Of a DNA stretch of 32,000 nt, positions 1 through 8,232 are shown in pieces. The stretch comes from Candidatus Saccharimonadota bacterium (lineage in GTDB: Bacteria; Patescibacteriota; Saccharimonadia; Saccharimonadales; UBA4665), in the NCBI GenBank assembly GCA_016699955.1, contig CP064993.1, positions 540,001 to 572,000 on the forward strand, given 5' to 3'. Both the position numbers and the translations under genes were made by a program. The notes below the pieces were generated by a model. The model saw nothing but the letters and a program-made list of their open reading frames with translations. It searched no databases and was not told the DNA's origin. Position 1 is the stretch's first letter. The number at the start of each line of letters is the position of its first letter.

Positions 1-693
1 GCAGAAAGTAAAATCGATTGGGCAGTCACAGGTGACTCGCTAAAGGACAAAACGAAAGTTGAAATACTGCTAAGCAGTGTCAGTAACGGATACGTAGAAC
101 AACGACTGGATATGATTGAGTCAATTGGTCTCAACGTCATTGCCTTTGAGCCTGACAACCTTGCTATATCTCGGGCACTGGTTCCGGCCGGAACCGTAGC
201 GCCACAACTAGTACTTGACATGGGTCAGCTCAGCACCGACCTAGTTATTACCATGGGTGAGGCGCCTCGTCTGACACGGTCTATCCCAACAGGCGTCGAG
301 GCGGTTGTTCGTTCCGCCACGCAAAATCTCAACATAGACGAGAAACAAGCACAACAATTTGTTTATAAGTTTGGCGTCAGTAAGGACAAGCTTGAGGGGC
401 AGGTGTACCAAGCAATCATCGGTACCATAGACCTTCTGGTGAGTGAAATTGACAAGTCAGTTAAGTTTTTTCAAGCCCGGTACCCAGAGGTTCCGATTGA
501 ACGCATGATTGTAACCGGTGGCGCGTCAACCATACCAGAATTCCCGCTTTATCTTGCAAATAAGTTTGGTGTCAATGTAGAAATTGGTAATGCTTGGAGA
601 AACGTAGCATTTGCCGCAGATCGGCAAAATGAGCTTCTGGCTGTTTCAAATCTGTTTGGCGTAGCCGTAGGCTTGGCGGAGAGGAACGAGTAA
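1..693 (+). CDS. pilM: Type IV pilus assembly protein PilM (actin-like fold), C-terminal part; 5' end is outside the window
   Basis: Frame 1 is open from nt 1, with no stop before the listed ATG at 112. It ends at TAA 691-693, overlapping the next ATG (TAATG). The ...ERMIVTGGASTIPEFPLYLANKFGVNVEIGNAW tail is FtsA/PilM-like. It lies directly upstream of pilN/pilO-like genes. Confidence 0.8.
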   Translation, partial: AESKIDWAVTGDSLKDKTKVEILLSSVSNGYVEQRLDMIESIGLNVIAFEPDNLAISRALVPAGTVAPQLVLDMGQLSTDLVITMGEAPRLTRSIPTGVEAVVRSATQNLNIDEKQAQQFVYKFGVSKDKLEGQVYQAIIGTIDLLVSEIDKSVKFFQARYPEVPIERMIVTGGASTIPEFPLYLANKFGVNVEIGNAWRNVAFAADRQNELLAVSNLFGVAVGLAERNE

Positions 694-1439
694 TGGTTCA
701 GTTTAATCTACTACCCGATATTAAGCTTGAGTTTGTTAAGGCTCGCCGCACAAAATACCTTATGATTGTTACGTCGCTTCTGGTTGGCGGAATAGCTATT
801 TCTGTCTTTATCTTTGCGTTTTTGTTCGTGAATGTCGTACAAAAAAACACCCTCAGCGATTTACAGAAAGACATTAAGCAGTACAGCAATGATTTGAAAA
901 ATGAGAAAAACCTAGACAAAATCTTAACCGTTCAAAATCAGCTGGGTGCGCTAACTAACTTACACCAGAAGAAACCGGTTGCAAGTCGGCTCTTTAGTTA
1001 CCTAACACAAATTACCCCAGATCAAGCCAGCTTGACAAAGCTGACTGTAGATTTTTCGCAGACAACCATGTCAATCGGCGGCAAGGCACCGACACTCGAC
1101 GCGGTTAGTGTATATACGGACACGCTAAAAGCAACCACGTACAAAATAGGTCCTGACGTTGCTCCAAAGTCCTTAAGCGACGTTTGTCCAAATATTGAAG
1201 GCGACCAAACAAGTGTTCCCGCACGGATGATGATTGATAAAGACTTCAACTGTGTTAGCGCGCCGAAAGCGTTTAGTACTGTTGTTTTGGAGAAATTTGG
1301 TCGTGACGATAAGGGCGCAACATTTAACATTACATTCAAATATAACCCAGACATTTTTGACGACACAAAAGCGGTGCAGCTCCTCGTACCTTCGGGTATA
1401 CAGACTAACCAGGCAAACTTATTTGAGGTTGGAGTATAA
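693..1439 (+). CDS. pilN: PilN-like pilus alignment protein (bitopic membrane protein, long C-terminal region)
   Basis: N-terminal MVQFNLLPD (NLLP motif), then one TM helix (LMIVTSLLVGGIAISVFIFAFLFV) and a coiled segment. Translationally coupled to pilM. At 248 aa it is longer than usual for PilN, and the C-terminal half has two Cys. Confidence 0.7.
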   Translation: MVQFNLLPDIKLEFVKARRTKYLMIVTSLLVGGIAISVFIFAFLFVNVVQKNTLSDLQKDIKQYSNDLKNEKNLDKILTVQNQLGALTNLHQKKPVASRLFSYLTQITPDQASLTKLTVDFSQTTMSIGGKAPTLDAVSVYTDTLKATTYKIGPDVAPKSLSDVCPNIEGDQTSVPARMMIDKDFNCVSAPKAFSTVVLEKFGRDDKGATFNITFKYNPDIFDDTKAVQLLVPSGIQTNQANLFEVGV

Positions 1440-1441
1440 CT

Positions 1442-2113
1442 ATGGCAGATGTGCTTTCTACAAAACGACTTCTCATAGACAAGGCTAACACTACTGTTGT
1501 GATAGCCGTAAGCTTGGCCGTGTTCTTATTTGTTTTTTCGGCAGTTTCCACAAAGACATTTATAAGTAAGGCTGGGTATCAAAACCGTGTCATTGCCGCC
1601 AAACGTGAAGCCCGCGAACAACTAAAGGATGACAAAGAAGCGGTCAAAAAACTCCGTAAGTCATACAATTCTTTTGTTAGTACGGATCCGAACTCTATCG
1701 GGGGAAGTCGCGGTGGACTGGATAAAAAAGACGGTGACAATACCAAAATTGTTCTCGATGCGTTGCCTAGCAACTATGATTTTCCAGCGCTTGCAACCAG
1801 CATGGAATCGCTTGTGGCGACCGAAGGAGTCAAGATAAATAGCTTCAATGGTACTGACGATGAAATTGCTCAGGCCGCAAATATTACAAGTACCAACCCT
1901 GTGCCGATTGGCATGCCGTTTGAACTCTCGGTTTCTTCTGACTACGGGAAAATTCAGGGCGTAATTACGGCCTTTGAAAAATCTATTCGTCCTATCGAAC
2001 TCGTGACTTTAGATATATCAGGTGACAGAGAAGGCCTGACAATGGTTGTAGGAGCGCGAACGTACTTCCAGCCAGCTAAGTCGCTCAACGTAACTACAAA
2101 GGTTGTGAGATGA
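1442..2113 (+). CDS. pilO: PilO-like bitopic membrane protein
   Basis: TM helix (VVIAVSLAVFLFVFSAV), a charged coiled coil (REAREQLKDDKEAVKKLRK), then a globular C-terminus. It sits right after pilN. Assigned by position and topology, not by a diagnostic motif. Confidence 0.55.
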   Translation: MADVLSTKRLLIDKANTTVVIAVSLAVFLFVFSAVSTKTFISKAGYQNRVIAAKREAREQLKDDKEAVKKLRKSYNSFVSTDPNSIGGSRGGLDKKDGDNTKIVLDALPSNYDFPALATSMESLVATEGVKINSFNGTDDEIAQAANITSTNPVPIGMPFELSVSSDYGKIQGVITAFEKSIRPIELVTLDISGDREGLTMVVGARTYFQPAKSLNVTTKVVR

Positions 2114-2358
2114 AACAAAAAGACATTGGCATCATTGTAGCGGTTGCTTTTTTGAGTGCGATTGTTTCCTTTTTGCTATCCAACAAGCTTTTTTATACAC
2201 CTGAGAATAGACAGCAGCAGGTCGAAGTGGTCGATGTTATAAAGACCGACTTCAAGCAACCAGATCCGCGTTATTTTAACTTGGAAAGCATTAACCCGAC
2301 TCAGAACAGCCAGCTGAACAGTACGAACCAAACGCCGTTTAATGCCACGAAACAGTAG
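2110..2358 (+). CDS. Small membrane-anchored protein of unknown function (82 aa) inside the pilus operon
   Basis: The ATG overlaps the pilO-like stop (ATGA at 2110-2113). It has one N-terminal TM helix (IGIIVAVAFLSAIVSFLL) and a Gln/Asn/Pro-rich tail. No family recognised. Confidence 0.5.
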   Translation: MKQKDIGIIVAVAFLSAIVSFLLSNKLFYTPENRQQQVEVVDVIKTDFKQPDPRYFNLESINPTQNSQLNSTNQTPFNATKQ

Positions 2359-2366
2359 AGGGCGTT

Positions 2367-4169
2367 ATGAGTGTTCTATCTGCTTCCGCGCAGACGCAAG
2401 TCGAGGATAAACTTGTTGAAGACGGGACCTTAACCCGAGCTGATTTGGCCGAACTGAAAACACAGTCAAAAGACACGGGTACGCCTTTGTTTGGCCTACT
2501 GGTTGCGAGTGGCAAAGTATCCAATGAAGAGCTGACAAAAACTATTGCTCATGTTGCAAAAATCCCGTACGTCAATCTGCTTGAAGCAAAAATTGAGGCA
2601 AAAGTACTAGAAATGTTGCCCCATGATATTGCCGAGCGTTACATGGCGGTGCCACTTGGTGAAATGCAGCACCGACTCGTTGTCGCCATGCTTGACGCCG
2701 ACAACGTACAAGCAGTCGACTTCTTAAGTAACCGTATTGGTAGACCGCTTAAGGTGTATGCTGCCAGCGAAGAGGGGATTCGACAGGTTTTGCATCAGTA
2801 TTCGGCGCAGCTTTCAAATAATCTTGTCGACGAAATAGGCAAAATGGGTGAAGGCTTACGGATTGACACTTCTCTGTCAGATGAAAAAAGAGCGCAGAAA
2901 GCCGCCGAAAACATCACAACTATTGTGCAGGACTCGCCAATTAGTAAAGCGCTTTCGACCATTTTGGAATATGCAGCAAAAAATCGAGCGAGCGATGTGC
3001 ATATAGAACCACTTAAAGAAAGTCTCAAAATCCGGTGCCGAATTGATGGTATATTGCGGGAAATTATGAGTTTACCAAAGTCGACTGAGCCACCACTTGT
3101 TTCACGTATAAAAATTTTGGCAAACCTAAAAATTGATGAACATCGCATACCTCAAGACGGTGAGTTCACAATCCAGGTAGCAGGGAAAGACATCGACCTG
3201 CGTATTTCAATTAGCCCTGTTATATGGGGTGAGCAAGTGGTTATACGACTGCTCGACAAAAGCGGCACTAGCTTCAAGCTAGAGGACATGGGCTACCATG
3301 GCCGAAGCCTCAGAGCAATCCGAACTGGCCTTGAACGTACCAATGGCATGATTCTTACGTCTGGGCCCACCGGTTCTGGTAAATCAACCAGTTTGTATGC
3401 GCTCCTCCAAGAAGTAAAGAACGACGGCGTAAACATCGTTACCCTAGAAGACCCTGTTGAGTACAAAATGGACGGTATAAACCAGATTCAGGTAAACGCT
3501 GATGTTGGACTGACATTTAGTAGTGGGCTGCGCTCGATTCTTCGCCAAGATCCCGACATTGTCATGGTGGGAGAAATTCGCGACAAAGAAACGGCCGAAC
3601 TGGCAGTGCAGGCAAGCCTAACGGGCCACCTTGTATTTAGTACCTTGCACACAAATAGTGCCGCTGGAATTCTGCCGCGGCTACTTGATATGGGTGTCGA
3701 GCCGTTTCTGATAGCAAGTACAGTACATGTTGTCATTGGCCAGCGTCTGGTACGTCGGATAGGCAAGAACAGTGAGCAATATCAGTCGACTGCTGTAGAA
3801 GCGGCCGCAATCAAAGAAGCCCTCGCCGGCTTGTTGCCTCAAGATAAAGAGCACGTTGCGGAAGTTGCAGAGGACTTTGGTTACGAAACCTTGCCATTAG
3901 CGGGGGATAACGCTTATACTTTAACCAAGGGCAAGGACAGCCCTGGTTCCCCTGGAGGCTACAAAGGTCGCATGGGGTTGTATGAAGTTTTTGAGGTAAG
4001 TGAAGAAATTCAACAGCTTATCTTGAAACGGTCAACCAGCTCTGAGATTCAGGCTCAGGCAGAAAGAGAAGGCATGGTAACGATGCGCCAAGACGGGTAC
4101 CTAAAGGCACTCGCAGGCCAAACGACCGTCCAGGAAGTAAACCGAGTTGCATCAGCGGACAGCGCGTAA
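2367..4169 (+). CDS. pilB: Type IV pilus assembly (extension) ATPase PilB, GspE/PilB family
   Basis: Walker A GPTGSGKST, Asp box/Walker B DPDIVMVGEIRD and His box TGHLVFSTLHTN. The N-terminal T2SSE_N-like domain contains ...IPYVNLLEAKIE... At 600 aa the size fits. No Cys occurs where PilB/GspE usually carry a tetracysteine motif. Confidence 0.95.
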   Translation: MSVLSASAQTQVEDKLVEDGTLTRADLAELKTQSKDTGTPLFGLLVASGKVSNEELTKTIAHVAKIPYVNLLEAKIEAKVLEMLPHDIAERYMAVPLGEMQHRLVVAMLDADNVQAVDFLSNRIGRPLKVYAASEEGIRQVLHQYSAQLSNNLVDEIGKMGEGLRIDTSLSDEKRAQKAAENITTIVQDSPISKALSTILEYAAKNRASDVHIEPLKESLKIRCRIDGILREIMSLPKSTEPPLVSRIKILANLKIDEHRIPQDGEFTIQVAGKDIDLRISISPVIWGEQVVIRLLDKSGTSFKLEDMGYHGRSLRAIRTGLERTNGMILTSGPTGSGKSTSLYALLQEVKNDGVNIVTLEDPVEYKMDGINQIQVNADVGLTFSSGLRSILRQDPDIVMVGEIRDKETAELAVQASLTGHLVFSTLHTNSAAGILPRLLDMGVEPFLIASTVHVVIGQRLVRRIGKNSEQYQSTAVEAAAIKEALAGLLPQDKEHVAEVAEDFGYETLPLAGDNAYTLTKGKDSPGSPGGYKGRMGLYEVFEVSEEIQQLILKRSTSSEIQAQAEREGMVTMRQDGYLKALAGQTTVQEVNRVASADSA

Positions 4170-4218
4170 GGATATAGCCAAGAGACATGAGTTAAGCTTT
4201 AAAAAAAGGGTGGATGAC

Positions 4219-4314
4219 ATGAGACAAAATCAATACAACGCAGACGATAAGAATACCCAGTTCTTGTCTATTTTCTCCTATCTCATATTGCCACGACTGA
4301 AAGGGGTGAAGTAA
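4219..4314 (+). CDS. Candidate 31-aa small ORF (MRQNQYNADDKNTQFLSIFSYLILPRLKGVK) coupled to pilT
   Basis: ATG at 4219 is preceded by AAAGGGTGG. Its TAA (4312-4314) overlaps the pilT ATG (TAATG). It is below the ORF-track size cutoff and no homology could be assessed. Confidence 0.25.
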   Translation: MRQNQYNADDKNTQFLSIFSYLILPRLKGVK

Positions 4315-5381
4315 TGAGCGGTCAACCACGAATTGAAATACTCCTAGAGGAAGTTGTCAAGAAAAAAGCCTCTGACCTTCACCTGCAAGTTGGGCTGCCT
4401 CCTATGCTCCGAGTTGACGGTGCACTCGTACCGGTCGCTGCCGCAGATATTCTGACTGAAGAAAGTGTTGAAACGCTCATTTTTGCCATTTTGGACGAAG
4501 ACCAAAAGCAGATTTTACTCAAAGACAAAGAATTTGACTTTAGCTTTGCGTTTGGGGATCTGGGTCGGTTCCGCGTCAACGCCTTCCACGAAAGAGGAAA
4601 CCTAGCGGCCGCGCTGCGTCTTATACCGAACGAAATGCTAACAATTGAGCAGTTGGGTCTGCCACCAATAGTCTCAAAGTTTTCGGAGTACCCGAGGGGT
4701 CTTGTGCTTGTGACGGGACCAACCGGTTCCGGTAAGTCAACAAGCTTGGCGGCACTTATCCATAAGATAAACATGGAACAGGGCAAGCATATTATTACCA
4801 TCGAAGACCCTATCGAGTACACGCACAAAAGTAAGAAATCAATTATTGTCCAGCGAGAAGTGCACTATGACACGTATTCTTTTAGCGCCGCACTGCGCTC
4901 AAGCCTTCGTGAAGACCCTGACGTGGTGCTAATAGGTGAGATGCGCGACCTTGAAACTATTGCCAGCGCCATTACCATCGCCGAAACGGGGCACCTTGTT
5001 TTTGCTACACTCCATACAAACAGCGCGGCACAGTCTATTGACCGCATGGTTGACGTTTTCCCGCCACACCAGCAACCGCAAATTCGTGCTCAGCTGAGTA
5101 ACATTCTGATGGCAATTTGTTCGCAGCGGCTTATACCAGCCATTGGCGGCGGCCGTATGGCGGCAGCCGAGATACTCATTGCAACCCCGGCGGTGCGCAA
5201 CATTATCCGCGAAGGTAAAACACACCAGCTCGATGCAGTTATTCAGACCGGAGCAGAGTTTGGCATGCAGAGCATGGACAAGCAGCTGGTGCAGCTTATA
5301 CATACCGGCACCATCAGCTACGATGAAGCTCGTAACTACGCCATAGACATTGATGAACTAGATAGGCTTATGAGGGACTAA
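4314..5381 (+). CDS. pilT: Twitching-motility (retraction) ATPase PilT
   Basis: Walker A GPTGSGKST, DPDVVLIGEMRD, TGHLVFATLHTN, and the PilT signature PAVRNIIREGK (AIRNLIRE-type). At 355 aa the size fits. RBS AGGGGTGA lies upstream. Confidence 0.95.
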   Translation: MSGQPRIEILLEEVVKKKASDLHLQVGLPPMLRVDGALVPVAAADILTEESVETLIFAILDEDQKQILLKDKEFDFSFAFGDLGRFRVNAFHERGNLAAALRLIPNEMLTIEQLGLPPIVSKFSEYPRGLVLVTGPTGSGKSTSLAALIHKINMEQGKHIITIEDPIEYTHKSKKSIIVQREVHYDTYSFSAALRSSLREDPDVVLIGEMRDLETIASAITIAETGHLVFATLHTNSAAQSIDRMVDVFPPHQQPQIRAQLSNILMAICSQRLIPAIGGGRMAAAEILIATPAVRNIIREGKTHQLDAVIQTGAEFGMQSMDKQLVQLIHTGTISYDEARNYAIDIDELDRLMRD

Positions 5382-5423
5382 CATGAGAGTTATGACAACA
5401 GCATTGAAGCCGGAGATTTCACG

Positions 5424-6638
5424 ATGTTAAGTTACAGCTACATAGCTCGGAACCCGCAGACTGGCAAGCAAGTCAAGGCAACAGTGCAGGCCGATAGCGA
5501 ATACGCTGCGGCAAAGCTCATTAGCGCACAGGGACTGGTTGCGACAGATGTGACGCTTCAGAGTGAGGGCCGTGGCTTTGGGTTTAAGTCAAAGGTGAGA
5601 GCCAAGGACCGTGTGCTATTTAGTCGTCAGCTGAGCACGCTTATTAATGCTGGTCTACCGCTGCTACAAGCGCTCAGAAGCGTCAATAACCAAACAACCA
5701 GTAAACCTCTAACAGTAGTACTGAGTCAAGTGATTGGCGATGTCGAAGGTGGCGGCACGCTGGCAAATGCCATGGGTAAACATCCGCGCGTGTTCAACCA
5801 AGTATATCTTAGCCTCATCGCAGCTGGTGAATCTTCTGGTACCCTTGACCAGGCACTCGACCGGCTGGCCGTACAGCAGGAAAAAGAAGCCGACCTAAAC
5901 AGCAAGATTCGTGGGGCTATGATTTACCCCATTGTGGTGCTGGGAGTGATGATTCTTGTTATCGGCTTTATGGTTGTAAAAGTTCTCCCGCAAGTGAAGA
6001 GCATTTACGAAGGTATGCAAGGCACTGAATTACCTTTGTTGACACGTATAATGTTGGCCGTTTCTGATTCTGTTATTGCCTACTGGTGGGTTATTGCTCT
6101 GGTGATTAGTTTTATGGTGTTCTTTACAACTCGTTGGGCTCGGACTGGGCCCGGTAAACAAGTAATCGATAAGATTAAAATGAAAGCATGGCCGATAGGA
6201 CCACTTTTTATGAAGGTCTACATGGCACGATTTGCACGTACGGGTACGACATTGGTTGCAAGCGGTGTACCACTGCTGCAAATGCTTAACATTACTGCTC
6301 AAGCGGTAAATAACGTGCACATACATGCAGCAATCATGCGTGCGGCCGACAAAGTAAAAGGTGGGAAAAGCCTAGCAGATAGTATGGAAGGTGACCCAAA
6401 TTTCTTGCCGCTTGTCCCGAACATGCTGCGCATCGGTGAGCAGTCGGGTGCAATTGAGGAAATGATGGCAAAAGTGGCAGACTACTACGAAAAAGAGGTC
6501 GATACCGAGGTTGATAACATATCCGCACTTATTGAGCCGGTTATGATGGTAGCGCTTGGTATTGTGGCGTTTATGATTGTTGCCGCAGTCCTGCTGCCAA
6601 TATACGGGCTTGCAGGCAGTGACAACCTGGCAGGTTAA
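5424..6638 (+). CDS. pilC: Type IV pilus platform protein PilC (GspF/T2SSF family)
   Basis: 404 aa with two repeated T2SSF-type cytoplasmic domains (...FSRQLSTLINAGLPLLQAL... and ...FARTGTTLVASGVPLLQML...) separated by TM helices. It follows pilT. Confidence 0.9.
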   Translation: MLSYSYIARNPQTGKQVKATVQADSEYAAAKLISAQGLVATDVTLQSEGRGFGFKSKVRAKDRVLFSRQLSTLINAGLPLLQALRSVNNQTTSKPLTVVLSQVIGDVEGGGTLANAMGKHPRVFNQVYLSLIAAGESSGTLDQALDRLAVQQEKEADLNSKIRGAMIYPIVVLGVMILVIGFMVVKVLPQVKSIYEGMQGTELPLLTRIMLAVSDSVIAYWWVIALVISFMVFFTTRWARTGPGKQVIDKIKMKAWPIGPLFMKVYMARFARTGTTLVASGVPLLQMLNITAQAVNNVHIHAAIMRAADKVKGGKSLADSMEGDPNFLPLVPNMLRIGEQSGAIEEMMAKVADYYEKEVDTEVDNISALIEPVMMVALGIVAFMIVAAVLLPIYGLAGSDNLAG

Positions 6639-6688
6639 GGATACTGTGAGATATATTACAGTTATTAAATAAGCTGCCGTTTTAGGGC

Positions 6689-6717
6689 TTGCATTTGGGG
6701 CGCAGGCATCGTATATT
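6689..6717 (+). promoter_or_regulatory. Sigma-70-type promoter of the major pilin gene
   Basis: TTGCAT (6689-6694), a 17-nt spacer, then TATATT (6712-6717). It is followed by a roughly 40-nt leader with AAAGGGG before the ATG at 6761. Confidence 0.6.
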
Positions 6718-6760
6718 TGTAAGCATAAGAGTAATATAAGAGCAAAGGGGCACTTGCACA

Positions 6761-7213
6761 ATGCAAAAAAAACTTCAACACCGTAAAGAGAGCGGCTTCA
6801 CCATAGTTGAAGTCCTCATCGTCCTGGCTATTGCCGGTTTAATCATATTGGTCGTACTGCTAGCCGTACCGGCTCTGCAGCGCAACGCCCGTAACACGGC
6901 CATTAAGAATGACGCGTCAGCAGTAGCTGGTGGCATTTCTGAATACGAGTCAAATAACGACGGTATCGTGCCTAACTCAATTACTGCAGCTGCTGGTGTT
7001 GTCACTATCTCTGGAACCGGAACAAACACATCTGCGAAAGTACAGGGTGGTACGGTGGTAAACTCTGCGGGCAACACAACCCCACCACTGGGTACTATAA
7101 GCGCACGAATTGGTTTTCGATGTGATGGCGCCGCAAGCGGACGAGCAATTGCTGTTTGGTACTCTACAGAGAACTCAAGCGCGACACCACAGTACAAGTG
7201 TGTTGATAGCTAG
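6761..7213 (+). CDS. pilA: Type IV major pilin (prepilin with class III signal peptide)
   Basis: Leader MQKKLQHRKESG | FTIVEVLIVLAIAGLI, with Gly-1, Phe+1 and Glu+5. There is a C-terminal Cys pair (GFRCDG ... QYKCVDS). It has its own promoter and a strong terminator, consistent with a highly expressed structural subunit. Confidence 0.9.
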   Translation: MQKKLQHRKESGFTIVEVLIVLAIAGLIILVVLLAVPALQRNARNTAIKNDASAVAGGISEYESNNDGIVPNSITAAAGVVTISGTGTNTSAKVQGGTVVNSAGNTTPPLGTISARIGFRCDGAASGRAIAVWYSTENSSATPQYKCVDS

Positions 7214-7230
7214 GATTATCGTTTAGCCAG

Positions 7231-7261
7231 AAAAGACCCGCAACTGAGCGGGTCTTTTTTA
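7231..7261 (+). terminator. Rho-independent terminator after the pilin gene
   Basis: AGACCCGC (7234-7241) pairs with GCGGGTCT (7248-7255) around a 6-nt loop, followed by a T7 run. Confidence 0.85.
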
Positions 7262-7270
7262 TGCTACTAT
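7262..7270 (+). promoter_or_regulatory. Extended -10 box TGcTACTAT, 7 nt upstream of the pilD ATG (leaderless mRNA predicted)
   Basis: TGcTACTAT is followed by 7 nt (agctgta) and then ATG 7278. No Shine-Dalgarno sequence is possible in that space. Confidence 0.5.
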
Positions 7271-7277
7271 AGCTGTA

Positions 7278-8135
7278 ATGATGCTTCTAGTTATACTGTT
7301 TGGCTATGGACTTATTTTTGGGAGTTTTATAAACGCGCTTGTCTGGCGTCTGCACGAGCAAGGGAATAAGAGAATCAAGAGTCAACAGCAAGGAGTCAAG
7401 AAACCACGCAAACAAGTGCCAGAGGATTACTCAATCCTCACAGGAAGAAGTATGTGCCCGCAGTGCCACCATACTTTAGCGGCTCGCGACCTTGTTCCGG
7501 TGCTGAGCTGGCTGAGCTTACGCGGCAGGTGCCGGTACTGTCAAAAGCCAATCTCGGCGCAGTACCCGCTGGTCGAGCTTCTTACCGGAGTGATTTTTGC
7601 TGTGTTTTACCTGGGATGGCCATTTTCACTCATTGGGCTTGAGTTGGTTTGGTTTGTGTATGGCTTAGTGTATCTAGTATATTTTGTGGCACTGGCGCTG
7701 TATGACTTTAAGTGGTTTCTACTGCCAGACAAACTGGTTTTCCCACTGATTTCTCTGGCAGCCAGTGAAGTGGTGGTCACGGCTGTTTGGACTGAGAGTT
7801 GGCGCAACCTGTGGCTGCCAGTAGTGGGGGCTGGGCTGTTTTTTGGTCTTTTTTGGGTGTTGTACCAAGTTTCGGCAGGCAAATGGATTGGCGGCGGCGA
7901 CGTAAAACTAGCAGCGGCGCTCGGGTTTATAGCAGGAGGTCCGCTAGAAGCAATGATGGTGCTTTTTGTAGCGTCATTTTTAGGGACTCTGGTGAGTATA
8001 CCACTGCTCATGCAGCAAAAAGGTGGCCTGCGCCAGCATATTCCGTTTGGCCCTTACCTTTTGGCGGGCTGTTTTATCGTAATGCTCTACGGCGAGCGAA
8101 TACTGTCATGGTACAACGGGCTTATTCTTCTTTGA
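7278..8135 (+). CDS. pilD: Prepilin peptidase / N-methyltransferase PilD (peptidase A24)
   Basis: N-terminal CPQCHH...CRYCQ zinc-ribbon motif, polytopic membrane topology, and catalytic Asp contexts ALYDFKWFLLPD and GGGDVKLAAALG. Confidence 0.9.
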   Translation: MMLLVILFGYGLIFGSFINALVWRLHEQGNKRIKSQQQGVKKPRKQVPEDYSILTGRSMCPQCHHTLAARDLVPVLSWLSLRGRCRYCQKPISAQYPLVELLTGVIFAVFYLGWPFSLIGLELVWFVYGLVYLVYFVALALYDFKWFLLPDKLVFPLISLAASEVVVTAVWTESWRNLWLPVVGAGLFFGLFWVLYQVSAGKWIGGGDVKLAAALGFIAGGPLEAMMVLFVASFLGTLVSIPLLMQQKGGLRQHIPFGPYLLAGCFIVMLYGERILSWYNGLILL

Positions 8136-8216
8136 TCACTGTGGGACAATAATCATCACGTTCTGGTTCTACGGGTTATTTTGCAAGAGGTATTTTGTTT
8201 GCGCAGATAACGCTTG

Positions 8217-8225
8217 TGGTATACT
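8217..8225 (+). promoter_or_regulatory. Extended -10 box TGgTATACT, 7 nt upstream of the minor-pilin operon ATG
   Basis: TGgTATACT is followed by 7 nt (gaaatat) and then ATG 8233. No room for an SD sequence. Confidence 0.5.
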
Positions 8226-8232
8226 GAAATAT

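Noticed and set aside
2795-3148. Antisense ORFs inside pilB, pilT, pilC, the pilins, thrS and others. Examples are 2795-3148, 3488-3766, 4379-4828, 4929-5303, 6030-6326, 6775-7197, 7607-8011, 8586-8999, 23407-23949 and 30431-30871.
   Set aside because: Each is fully embedded opposite a CDS with strong family motifs. None has an RBS or promoter, and all have low-complexity or Arg/Ser/Cys-rich translations typical of shadow frames.
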